This document shows, one piece after another, positions 9,551-19,601 of a DNA stretch of 64,000 nt. The notes below the pieces were generated by a model. The model saw only the letters and a program-made list of their open reading frames with translations. It did not search any database and was not told where the DNA came from. The stretch comes from Verrucomicrobiales bacterium (GTDB lineage: Bacteria; Verrucomicrobiota; Verrucomicrobiia; Verrucomicrobiales; V1-33): contig JAQGPJ010000034.1 of the NCBI GenBank assembly GCA_028293125.1, positions 22,465 to 86,464 of the forward strand, in the 5' to 3' direction. A program made the translations under genes and the position numbers. Each line of letters starts with the position of its first letter. The first letter of the stretch is position 1.

Positions 9551-12500
9551 ATGAATTCCCGGTTTGCCACTGCCGCCCTGTTTCTGCTGCTGTTACCGGG
9601 AATGCCGGTGTCCGCACAGGCCCGGTTGCCGGGAACCCCTCTGCCCGGCTCCGCCCCGGCATCGGCCCTGCGGGAGCCGGTGCATCCCCGGCGCAATGTG
9701 GAGGAATTCCCCGCCGTGCAGGCGCGTCTCCTCCGCTTCACCATCCTGCGGACCAGCGGACAGGAACCCTGCCTGGATGAGCTGGAGGTTTACGGTCCGG
9801 ACGCGCCGGAGCGGAATCTGGCGCTGGCCAGTGCGGGCACGCGGGCGCGGGCTTCGGGCACCTACCCGGAGTACCGCATCCACGCCTTGGCGCATATCAA
9901 CGACGGCCTCTACGGCAACGGACACAGCTGGATATCCAATACGGCGGTCGGCAGCTGGGTGGAACTGGAGTTTCCCGCACCGGTGCGCATCAGCCGCGTG
10001 GTCTGGAGCCGGGACCGCGAGCGGAAGTTCATCGACCGTCTGGCCACGGAATACCGCATTGAGGTGTCCGAGAGCGCAGCACCGGACGGTGCCGGCAACA
10101 GCTCGCGGCAGGTGGCCTCCTCCGCGGACCGCAGGCCACTGCCGCAGGAGGCCATGGGAGCCGGACTCCTGTTCAATGCACCGGGGAATTTTGCGGCGGC
10201 TCCCGCCCCGGTGGCTCCGCCGGGCAATGACCGGCCCGCAGCCCGCGATTATCTGCTGCGCATCTGGCAGACCGCCGACGGGCTGCCCTCGAACACCGTC
10301 ACCTCCCTGCTGCAGACCGGCGATGGCTGGCTGTGGGTGGGCACCACCAATGGGCTGGCCCGCTTTGATGGCCGGCGGTTCACGGCCTTTGGGGAGGATC
10401 AGGGACTGCGGAATCTGAATATCACCTGCCTGTTCGAGGACCGGGAGGGCACGCTCTGGGCGGGCACAGAGGGCGGCGGGCTGGCCTTCCGGCGCGGCGG
10501 GCGGTTCCATACCCTGCCCACCGGCACCAGTCTGGCCGGCAATACCGTGCTGGCACTGGCCGCGGATGCAGAGGGTGTGCTGTGGATCGCCACGGCGGAG
10601 GCCCTGCTGCAATACCGCAGCGGCCATCTGGAGCGGGTTCTGAATAGCCCGGTCACCGGTCTGGCCATGGGGGAGAACGGCCTCTGGCTGCTGCATGAGT
10701 CCGTGCTTTCACGCTGGGATGGCGGGAAGCTGGTGAAGGCTCCCGCCAATCTCGATCCGTCCTGCTTCTCCTCCATCAGCGCCCTGGCCGGAGGGAAGGA
10801 TGGGGCGCTGTGGTTCGGCGGGGCCAATGGGTATATCGGCCGTCTGGCGGGCGGGGCGGTGACCACCTTCGGCGATGGCCATACGGTGCTGACATCCAAC
10901 ACCTGGCAGTTGCTGGCCATTGCCGGCGGTGATTTGTGGATCGGCACCTCCTCCAGCGGGCTGGCCCGGCTGCGGGGACATGATCTGCTGCCGCTGACCA
11001 CGGATGACGGCCTGCCCTCCAACTGTGTGCGCGCCCTGTGTCAGGACCGCACGGGCAATCTGTGAGCCGGGACGGCGGGCGGAGGGCTGGTCCGGCTCCG
11101 GCCCCGGCGCATCCAGGCTCTGACCACGCACGATGGGCTGTCCCACAATGCGATCATGGCGTTGGCGGAGGACGCGCAGGGATCCGTCTGGATCGGCACC
11201 GACGGAGGCGGACTGAACTGCTGGAGGGATGGCAAGGCGGTGCCGGACACCCCCAGCTATGTTCTGGACAATCAGACGGTCTCCGCTCTGGCGCTGCCGG
11301 CGGATGGATCGCTCTGGCTGGGCACCGCCGGCGGGGGAGTGTTCCACATCGATAAAGGGAAGGTCTCGCATCTCACCACCGCGCAGGGGCTGCCGGGCCT
11401 CATGGTCACCTCCCTGTGCGGGGATTCCAAAGGACGGCTGTGGATCGGCACTCTGGACGGCGGTCCAGCCTGCCTGGACGGCACCCGCATCACCCGGCCG
11501 CCGGCCATCGCGGCGCTGGCGCACCAGCCGGTGACCGGCATTTTGGAGGATGCCGCCGGCGGTCTGTGGTTTGGCACCAAGGGCCAGGGGCTGGCCCGTC
11601 TGGATGCCGGCACCGGCACCTTGGTCTGGTGGACACGTTCCGAGGGACTGGCCAGCGGCTTCATCCGGACCCTGCACGAGGCCCCGGCGGGCACGGTGTG
11701 GGCGGGCACCAATGGCGGCCTGACCCGTTGGCGGAATGGCCGGCTTTTCAATTTCACAGGCCGCCACGGCCTGCCGAATGTGGTGGTTTCCCAGATTCTG
11801 GATGATGGCGCGGACAATCTGTGGCTGGGCACGAGCGGGGGGGTGCTGCGAGTTTCCCTGGATTCCTTTGAGGCTGTGGCGTCGGGCCGGCATGACCGGC
11901 TGCAAATCCTGGCGCTGGGCACGGAAAACGGTCTGCCCAGCCTGGAATGCACCGGCGGCAGCCAGCCGGCAGGCCTGCGCACCCGCGATGGACGGCTCTG
12001 CTTTGGCACCGTGGGCGGGCTGGCGGTGATCCAGCCCCGGGACTTTCAGGGACCTTCGGAATTCCCGCCGGTGGTCATCGAATCCTGGACCTCCGGCTCC
12101 GCCACAGTCCGGCTGGAGCGCGGAGGAGGGACCGGTCCGCTTGAAGTGCCGCCGGGAACGGCGCGGCTGGGATTTGAATTCACTGCCCTGTCACCGGGCT
12201 CCCCGGAGCGCATCCGCTTCCGCTACCGGCTGGCGGGACTTGAGGAGTCCTGGGTGCAGGCGGAGCCGGGAGCGGAGCGCACCGCCACCTACACCCAGCC
12301 GGCACCGGGAAGTTATGTGTTCGAAGTGATGGCCAGCGCGGACAATGGCCCTTGGAGCGGTGTTCCCGCCCGGATCCCGCTGCGGGTGCTGGCTCCATGG
12401 TGGCGGCAGCCGTGGGCGGCGGCGGCGGGGGTGCTGCTGGCCGTGGCGTCGGTGGCCGGGCTGGCCCGTGCGCTGACCCGCCGCCGTCTCCAACGGCGTC

Positions 12501-13243
12501 TGCGGGAGGTGGAGCGCCAGTTTACCTTGGAGCGGGAGCGGTCGCGGATCGCCCGCGATATCCACGACGATCTGGGGGCCAATCTCACCCAGATCAGCCT
12601 GCTCAGCGCCTTGGGGCAGGAGCAGCGGCACGAGCCGGAAAAGGCCCGCGCTCAATTCGCCGCCATCGCGGCCACCTCCGGCGAGCTGGTGCAGGCCATG
12701 GACGCCATTGTGTGGGCGGTGAACCCCAGTCAGGATACCCTCGAAAGCCTGGCCCGCTACCTGGTGCGGTTCGCAGGCGATTTTTTTGAACACACCCAAG
12801 TCCGCCTGCGGCTGGATGTGCCGCCCCAGCTCCCCCGCGCAGACCTGTCCTCGGAGGTGCGGCACAATCTCTTCCTCGCCGCCAAGGAGGCGCTCCACAA
12901 TGCCTTGCACCATGCCGGAGCCGGGGAGGTGCGGTTGAGCCTTTCCGTGGAGGGCCGCACACCTGACATCACCACCACCGCAGGCCGCAATGCCCATGGA
13001 GTGCCGGGAGGCCTGATGGTGGAAATTGAGGACGATGGCTGTGGCTTCACCCCCGAACGGGTGGCGGATCAAGGAGGCAACGGGCTCGGAAACATGCACC
13101 ACCGGCTGACAGAGTGCGGCGGCGGCTGCGTGATTGACTCCATTCCCGGACGCGGCACCCGCGTCCAACTCCGCATCCCCCTGTGCCTGACGCCTCCCCA
13201 GCCCCGGGTTACCCATCCGGCTTCCCTGCGTCCTGTTCCATGA
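9551..13243 (+). pseudogene. Sensor histidine kinase (discoidin-like + Reg_prop beta-propellers + YYY + TM + HisKA_3 + HATPase) interrupted by in-frame TGA at 11063-11065
   Basis: ORFs 9551-11065 and 11156-13243 are in the same frame. The junction reads GNL*AGTAGGGL where the repeat consensus is G.LW.GT.GGGL. H-box RIARDIHDDLGANLT, EALHNA, DDGCGF, GNGLGNM. Confidence 0.85.
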
Positions 13244-13872
13244 ATCCTCCGCCCATCCGCGTCGCCCTTGTGGAGGACAATGCCCGGCTCCGCGAGCAGT
13301 TGTCGGATTTCATCGCGGCCTCAGACGGCTTTGCCTGTGTGGCGGCCTTCCCCACCGCCGAGGCCGCCCTCCAGGGGCTGCCCAAAACCGCTCCGGATGT
13401 GGTCCTCATGGACATCGAACTGCCCAAAATGTCGGGCGTGGACTGCGTGGCCCGCCTCCGGGAACTGATGCCGGAGGTCAGCGTGGTCATGCTGACCGTT
13501 TACGACAACAGCTCCCACATCTTCAAAGCCTTGGAGAACGGGGCCAGCGGCTATCTTCTCAAACGCACGCCTCCCGTGGAGCTGCTGCGCTCCATCGCCG
13601 ATGTGTGCCACGGCGGTGCGCCCATGAACAGCCACATCGCCCGCCTCGTGGTCCAGTCCTTCCACCGGCGCGGCGCCTCGCCCCGGCCCACGGAGAACCT
13701 GACTCCCCGCGAGGAGGAGATCCTCCGCCTCGTCGCCAAAGGCTTCATCAACAAGGAAATCGCCGAGGAGCTCGGCATCGCCCTCGAAACCGTGCGCCAG
13801 CACCTGAAGAACTGCTATTCCAAGCTCCACGTCCGCACCCGCACCGAAGCCGCCATGCGGCTGCTGTCGTGA
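13240..13872 (+). CDS. NarL/LuxR-family response regulator
   Basis: VALVED, DVVLMDIELP, GASGYLLK, LTPREEEIL, NKEIAEELGI; ATGA overlap with the kinase stop. Confidence 0.95.
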   Translation: MNPPPIRVALVEDNARLREQLSDFIAASDGFACVAAFPTAEAALQGLPKTAPDVVLMDIELPKMSGVDCVARLRELMPEVSVVMLTVYDNSSHIFKALENGASGYLLKRTPPVELLRSIADVCHGGAPMNSHIARLVVQSFHRRGASPRPTENLTPREEEILRLVAKGFINKEIAEELGIALETVRQHLKNCYSKLHVRTRTEAAMRLLS

Positions 13873-14298
13873 AGGATCCACCTGATTTTCGAATTTTACA
13901 ATTCCACGCAACTTAAAAGCAAGTTGAGTGAGATCGTAAAGTCACGAAATCACAGTCAAAGTTTTCGCGGAGGAAATTACTGCAGCCCGGGGCAAAATTG
14001 TCCAGTCCAGTGAGCTGGAAACCGCGGGGCGTGTCCCGGACCCGGATTCAGCAACTGGCTGCTTGGACCACCACCGTCCTGCGCCAAGGCACCCGCGGCG
14101 AAGTACGGGTCGAATATATTCATGAGCGCGTTTATTTATAGGATGGCAAAAGGGAGCAGCCCCGTCTGTGGCATCCCATCGCCCGGCGCGCGCTGGACAA
14201 AAACGGCCAGTCGGAGGAGATCTCATGGACCTTGAGCAACGCGCCTGCGGACACTCCCGCCGTGCGCCTGGTGCGCATGGCCTGCAGGCCGATGGCCG

Positions 14299-14634
14299 AT
14301 GGCCGATGTGAGCGATTACGGCCCGGACCATCTGCCTTACCGGGTGGCGGACAACAAGGAGTCCACCATGCGCTCCCCGGGCTCGTGGCTGGCCGCGATT
14401 TCCTGCCTGGCGTTTGTGATGGAGGGCACCACGGGCAATATCGAATCGTTCAAACAGATGGAGCTGCGCAACCACAACAGCCGGATCCTATTTCTCCCGC
14501 TCGAAGGCGAGGATCATTTCAGCGGTCTGCAGAAAACGTCCAAAATCCTGGCGAAACTCATCCTTGCCGATAATGGCCTCAACGTAAATCTGCCCGTGAA
14601 AGGGCATCTTCCGCGGATGCCTTACGGGCGCTGA
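14299..14634 (+). pseudogene. C-terminal fragment of an alpha/beta-hydrolase (S9-like)
   Basis: RSPGSWL..I...FVMEG..GN and EGEDHFSGL (catalytic-His region). No nucleophile elbow or N-terminal half is visible. Confidence 0.45.
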
Positions 14635-14802
14635 CACGCGGCATTTCGGGGGCTCCTGGCTGGAGGCGTTTTTCCTGACTCGCTGGAGCCAATCCGCGTG
14701 GCATTCAGGAACTCCAGGCAATCCCATCTGGAAATGGATTGCCGCTGGAGCTCATGGATGCCCCGCTCCACGGCGGGACACAAGGCCCATGGGACGACGG
14801 GT

Positions 14803-16386
14803 TCAGCGCATCTGCCAGTTATCAGCCACAAGGTCCTTGATCGTCACATACCACCCGGTTTTTTCATCGCCGCTCCATTCCAGCGCCAGCACGACAAAGG
14901 ATTCCACGTCCCATTCCGCTCCGCCTTTGGCGGCGATTTTGTTCTGAAAGTTGGGGTTGCTGAGGTCGGCCCAGACAAACCAGGACTCGTCGCGCATGGG
15001 CGACTCCACACCGAAGGCCTGCCGGGCGGTGCCCTGCCCCGGCACCGCCGGGCCGAAGTAGTGACGGCGGCGCAGCACCACGCGGAACTCGCCGGGCTTG
15101 TGGCCCGGGTTCTCAAAAAACTCCCTCAGCCGCTGCTCGTAGCTCTCCAGAAAGGGAACCCAGTCCACCCGGAAAGATCCATCCTCACTTTCCTCGACTG
15201 CCGTGGGGATGTCCGCCGGATAACCCTGGACCCGCACGCGGAATCCAAAATACCCACGCGCGGTGCCCGGGATGGTGCCTGAATCCAGCAGGGAAATGCC
15301 CTCGACCGGAACAGGACCATCGGGACGGTCCTTGAAATGCACGGCCATGGATTCCTTCAGGCCTTTGACACTCAGGGCATACTTAATCCGCTCCTGCCAG
15401 CCTTCAGCGGCGAGAAACTCCTCCAGCACCTGCCGCGCCTGTCCCAGTTTGGTGGAAGGAATCACCGAGGCCCTGGGCACTCTGCCCGCAGTTGCAGCGG
15501 GGGCCGGGGCCGGCGCGGGAGGACTGACAGGTGCCGCACCGGAGGGCATCACTGTGCCCTGAACTGCGCTGGAAACCGCGGCGGGAGAGTTTGCCGGAAC
15601 GGCGGGAGCCGATGGTTTGCCAGTGTCCGCCCGGCCTGGCGCTGAGGTGGATGCGGTCGATGAAGCTCCCTTCTTTGTGGCTGCGGATGGGCTTCCGCTT
15701 TCCGGCGCTGCCGGAAAGGGTATCAGCCCAAAATGAAAAGCCGCCGCCACGCCGCCGGCCAGAACCGCCAGCACGGCAGCGGCTTTCCAGAAACCAGGGC
15801 GTTTTTCCTGGGTTCCGGCTTTTTCCGGATTCGCCTTGGAATTTCCCGATATTGGAGCCGCCATTGTCTCCGGTTTTGGGGAAGGAGTCTCAACTGGGGC
15901 AGGTGCCAGGAAAGCCACTGCCGCTGGTGGTGCTGATGCCACCAGTTTTGGTGCCTCCTTAAGTTTGGGCGGCAGACCTGCGCCGGATTTCACTTCCTTG
16001 GCCGGTTCCGGTGCGGGCTTCACTCCTTTCCCCATTTCAGACGTGGATTTGGGTTTGGATTCAATTTCCGGTCCCCACCGCAGTTCCGGCTCCCCACTGT
16101 CCCATTGAAACTCCGGCAGCGCCGCCGCTCCCTCCGATGGCGTCGTGGGCGGCCCGGATTTGCCCTCCTGCCCGGCGGTTTTGCTGGAATCCGCACCGGC
16201 TTTCACCGAAATCCACGGCGGGGAGAGTTCCGCCGGGGAGGTTGGTGCCGGCAAGGGGTTTTCAGCCGGGGCTTTGGGTTCCGGCGGCATCAATGGCAAC
16301 CCGCATGCCGGGCAGGAAGCGGCGCGGGCGGCATTTTCCAGCGGGGTGTGACAGCGGGGGCAGACGGTGCGCACAATTTCACTCAT
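14803..16386 (-). CDS. Zinc-ribbon, Pro-rich linker, single TM, extracytoplasmic C-terminal domain protein
   Basis: CPRC...CPAC at N-terminus (start 16386), long P/A/S/K-rich linker, TM (FWKAAAVLAVLAGGVAAAF), globular C-terminus with FRVDWVPF. Confidence 0.75.
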   Translation of the reverse strand: MSEIVRTVCPRCHTPLENAARAASCPACGLPLMPPEPKAPAENPLPAPTSPAELSPPWISVKAGADSSKTAGQEGKSGPPTTPSEGAAALPEFQWDSGEPELRWGPEIESKPKSTSEMGKGVKPAPEPAKEVKSGAGLPPKLKEAPKLVASAPPAAVAFLAPAPVETPSPKPETMAAPISGNSKANPEKAGTQEKRPGFWKAAAVLAVLAGGVAAAFHFGLIPFPAAPESGSPSAATKKGASSTASTSAPGRADTGKPSAPAVPANSPAAVSSAVQGTVMPSGAAPVSPPAPAPAPAATAGRVPRASVIPSTKLGQARQVLEEFLAAEGWQERIKYALSVKGLKESMAVHFKDRPDGPVPVEGISLLDSGTIPGTARGYFGFRVRVQGYPADIPTAVEESEDGSFRVDWVPFLESYEQRLREFFENPGHKPGEFRVVLRRRHYFGPAVPGQGTARQAFGVESPMRDESWFVWADLSNPNFQNKIAAKGGAEWDVESFVVLALEWSGDEKTGWYVTIKDLVADNWQMR

Positions 16387-16442
16387 AGAGGGGACGGGAG
16401 GGCAGTGCCATAAGGACGCTTTCCGCCTCCCCCTGCGGATTC

Positions 16443-16922
16443 TCAATCCCGATTTGCCTGCTGCCTCCGTTTCAGAAAACGCAGAATTCCCAGCGCCAGC
16501 GGCACCGCCAGCAGGCTGCCGGTGATATCCGCCATCCAGTCGTAAACATCCAGACCCGAGCGTCCGGGGGTGAAGCTCTGATGCCATTCATCAAACCACC
16601 CCACTGCCGCGCCGGTCAGCACCACCAGCAGCGCCGATCCGCCCACACTGGCTTGGCGCACGGGCTCCGGAGCCGGATAGGAAATGACAGCAGCCACCCC
16701 TCCTGAATGGGGTTTCCGCGGAAACAACTGCCACAGGGCCAGCACCGCGCCGCCGAGAGCGAAAAACACCGCGTGCTCAACCTTGTCGATATGCCGCACA
16801 TGGATCTCCGGACCCGGATGGCGCATGGAGGAAAGCACGAACAGCGTCAGAAACCAGCCTATCCAGAGAGTCAGCCAGAACCCGCGGCTGCGCAGAATGG
16901 GAAACCGTGGAGCCGGCGTCAT
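16443..16922 (-). CDS. VanZ family membrane protein
   Basis: DKVEHAVFF, DEWHQSFTPGRSGLDVYDWMADITG. Confidence 0.9.
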   Translation of the reverse strand: MTPAPRFPILRSRGFWLTLWIGWFLTLFVLSSMRHPGPEIHVRHIDKVEHAVFFALGGAVLALWQLFPRKPHSGGVAAVISYPAPEPVRQASVGGSALLVVLTGAAVGWFDEWHQSFTPGRSGLDVYDWMADITGSLLAVPLALGILRFLKRRQQANRD

Positions 16923-16943
16923 GCAGAGGGGATAAGGGAGGTA

Positions 16944-17222
16944 TCAGCGCGGACCGTTGTGGAGCTCCGACTCCAGCCGCTCGCTGAGCCACTGCTTGAT
17001 CATGCTCTGGTAGTTCAAATACCGGGAGCGGGCCAGGCGCTTGATGCGGGCCAGCATCCGGGGATCGAAGCGCAGGGTGATGGTGGTGCTCTCCCGCACA
17101 TCCGGGCGGTGCAGGGCGCTGTTCATCAGCCGGGCATCCAGCTGATGGACCGCCCAGAACTCGGCTTCCTCCGTCTCGTCGGCAAATACGGGAACCTCCC
17201 GCCATGACATTATTTTTTTCAT
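16944..17222 (-). CDS. BrnA/CopG-like antitoxin
   Basis: VPVFADETEEAEFWAVH and TITLRFDPRMLARIKRLA...YQSMIKQWLSE (RHH); directly downstream of a BrnT-like gene. Confidence 0.8.
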   Translation of the reverse strand: MKKIMSWREVPVFADETEEAEFWAVHQLDARLMNSALHRPDVRESTTITLRFDPRMLARIKRLARSRYLNYQSMIKQWLSERLESELHNGPR

Positions 17223-17231
17223 TCGTCAGGA

Positions 17232-17507
17232 TCAGAGAAACTCCGTGTTTTTGCGTTCGTAAAAGCTTTTCTCGTCGGGGGTCATCGCCCGCGCGAAAAT
17301 CACCCGGTATTTTTTCCCGTCGGTCCAGAAGACACTGAAAATCGACTGGTTGCCCACCGTTTTGCCAAGGCAGAAATAACGGGTTCCGTTCTCGTCCCCG
17401 GTTTCCGGCAGCAGACGCAGGGAGAATGGATCCTCAAAGGATTCCTCGATTTCCCGGGGGGGAATGAGCTTCAGGTCAAAGGGGGCATCAAGCCAGTCAA
17501 AATCCAT
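17232..17507 (-). CDS. BrnT-like toxin
   Basis: MDFDW, EIEESFEDP, RYFCLGKT, VFW...RVIFARAMT..EKSFYE. Confidence 0.78.
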   Translation of the reverse strand: MDFDWLDAPFDLKLIPPREIEESFEDPFSLRLLPETGDENGTRYFCLGKTVGNQSIFSVFWTDGKKYRVIFARAMTPDEKSFYERKNTEFL

Positions 17508-17558
17508 CGCGTGGGGGACAGCAGAATTGGGGGAAAGAACGGGGTGGCGGACAGCCGC

Positions 17559-17960
17559 TTAAACGGGCAGCCTCGAACCATCCTTGCGGCGCTGGATCAG
17601 TTCGATTTCATAACCTTCCGGCGCATCGACAAAGGCGAACACCGAGCCGGAGGAGGACTCGGTGGGACCGTCGGACAGTGGATAGCCCTTGGAGGCCGCA
17701 TGTTTGGCGAAAGCGTCAAGATCCTCCACCTCGAACGCCAGATGCGTCAGATCCGGTCCCACCACCACCGGGCCGCTGCCGTCGTACTGGCAGATTTCGA
17801 TCAGTTCCTCGCTGCCGGGAGTCTCCAGAAAAACCAGTTCCGAGCCGCGGGGGGACTTGTGGCGGCGCACTTCCTTCAGTCCCAGCACTTCGGTGTAAAA
17901 CTGAACGGTCCGGGCAAGGTCGGCCACACGGTAGCGGGTATGGAGCAGTCGGGTAACCAT
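17559..17960 (-). CDS. VOC/glyoxalase I (lactoylglutathione lyase-like)
   Basis: RLLHTRYRVADL..TVQFYTEVLG, HLAFEVED, FVDAPEGYEIELI. Confidence 0.9.
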   Translation of the reverse strand: MVTRLLHTRYRVADLARTVQFYTEVLGLKEVRRHKSPRGSELVFLETPGSEELIEICQYDGSGPVVVGPDLTHLAFEVEDLDAFAKHAASKGYPLSDGPTESSSGSVFAFVDAPEGYEIELIQRRKDGSRLPV

Positions 17961-18157
17961 ATTTAACAATCAGAATCGAGGAAGGCCTGCGGCAATCCGA
18001 GGGGAGAGCAAAGTCCATGCTTCAACCGGACAGGCAACCCCTTTTATCCCCAATTGTGCCCGCTGACCCCAGTGCCGCGCAAACCTGTCCCCGGAACTGA
18101 GATACACGGAAATGAAACACGGTTGACGTCCCCGGCGGCCTCCCTTTATGAACTAAC

Positions 18158-18643
18158 GTGCCCGCAAATCCCTCCCAGAGCCGTTCCGCCGACCGCTACC
18201 GCCCCTGTGTGGCGGCGGTGCTGCAGAATGACGCCGGCATGATTCTGATCTGCGAGCGTCTGGACTTCGCCGACAGCTGGCAGTTCCCCCAGGGCGGTAT
18301 CGATTCCGGGGAATCCCCCCGCGAGGCGTTGGTCCGGGAACTGATGGAGGAGATTTCCCTGCCGCCCGACGGGTATGAAATCCTGGGCGAAAAAGTGGGC
18401 TACAAATACCACTTCCCCGACCGCCAGCGCCGGCGCGGAAAATTCGTGGGCCAGGAGCAGGTTTATTTTCTCTGCCGGTTCACAGGGCCGGAATCCCTTC
18501 TGAATCTGGAGACCGAGCATCCGGAATTCCGCCGCTGGAAATGGATTCTGCCACACGAGTTCGACCTCCGCTGGCTGCCCGACTTCAAGCGGGAGGTGTA
18601 TCAGCAGGTGCTGCGGGACTTTTTTGAAGTGGAGCCGCACTGA
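18158..18643 (+). CDS. rppH: Nudix hydrolase, RppH-like
   Basis: YRPCVAAV, WQFPQGGIDSGESPREALVRELMEEI Nudix box, GQEQVYFL, PEFRRWKW, FKREVY. Confidence 0.8.
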   Translation: MPANPSQSRSADRYRPCVAAVLQNDAGMILICERLDFADSWQFPQGGIDSGESPREALVRELMEEISLPPDGYEILGEKVGYKYHFPDRQRRRGKFVGQEQVYFLCRFTGPESLLNLETEHPEFRRWKWILPHEFDLRWLPDFKREVYQQVLRDFFEVEPH

Positions 18644-19334
18644 GGGCCGGCGCGCGGTGTTCCCGCAGCAGGTCCGGCCGCATGGCCTGAGTGCGCCGCA
18701 GACTCTGGCCGGCTTTCCATTTGGCGATGTTGGCGTGGTGGCCGCTGAGCAGGATGTCCGGGACCTTCAGGCCGCGGAATTCGACCGGCTTGGTGTAGCA
18801 GGGTGCCTCCAGCAGCCCTGTGGCGGCGGAGAAGGACTCCTCCTGGGAGGAGCGCTCATCCCCCAGCACACCGGGCAGCAGCCGGATGACAGCATCGGTA
18901 AGGATCGTGGCCGCAATGGCTCCGTTGGTCAGCACGTAGTCGCCCAGAGAGATCTCGTCATGCACCAGCGTCTCCACCACGCGGTGGTCGATGCCCTCGT
19001 AGTGGCCGCAGAGAATGATCAGATGCCGGCAGGCGGTGTAGCTTTCCACCACCCGCTGGTCCAGCCGTCGTCCCTGGGGGGTCATCAGCACCACGCGGCT
19101 GTCCGGCGTGGCCAGCGCCTCCACGGCGGCGAACAGCGGCGCGCACTGCATCACCATGCCCTGCCCGCCCCCGTAGGGCGTATCGTCCACCCGGCGGTGG
19201 CGGTCGGTGCTCCACTGGCGCAGGTCATGCACTCCCAGCTCCCACAGCCCCCGTTCCATGGCCTTGCCCAGGATGCTTCCCATCAGCGGGGCACGGCACA
19301 TTTCCGGAAACAGGGTAATGATATCGACTTTCAT
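18585..19334 (-). CDS. trmD: tRNA (guanine37-N1)-methyltransferase
   Basis: ITLFPEM, VDDTPYGGGQGMV, LCGHYEGID, SLGDYVLTNG, VPDILLSGHH. Confidence 0.97.
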   Translation of the reverse strand: MKVDIITLFPEMCRAPLMGSILGKAMERGLWELGVHDLRQWSTDRHRRVDDTPYGGGQGMVMQCAPLFAAVEALATPDSRVVLMTPQGRRLDQRVVESYTACRHLIILCGHYEGIDHRVVETLVHDEISLGDYVLTNGAIAATILTDAVIRLLPGVLGDERSSQEESFSAATGLLEAPCYTKPVEFRGLKVPDILLSGHHANIAKWKAGQSLRRTQAMRPDLLREHRAPALSAAPLQKSPAAPADTPPA

Positions 19335-19601
19335 CTCAAAGCCTCACAGCAGGCAGCGGCAGGGACCGGACGCAATGGGAAAGCCTGCATCGGTTCCACA
19401 GAGGCCTTTTGTTCATTTTTCCGCAATAAAAGCCCGGCCTCTGGTCTGATCCTGGCTTGACGCCGGGGGGCGTATCTTCCTAAAACGTCACTGGCTTTTA
19501 AAAGACGGCACCCGCCGCCCGGCGGCAGCCGTCCCTCCCCGTGACGGCTGACGGTGCCTCTCTTCATTTTCCTATCTTCCGAAGAATTTTCCGCCCCCCT
19601 T

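Noticed and set aside
11063-11065. TGA as selenocysteine or genetic-code-4 Trp
   Set aside because: The position is a structural Trp, not a Cys, and many well-defined genes in the window end in TGA.
18585-18643. Convergent 59-nt overlap of rppH-like and trmD 3' ends
   Set aside because: The trmD tail past the conserved RPDLL is low-complexity run-on, common in GC-rich genomes.
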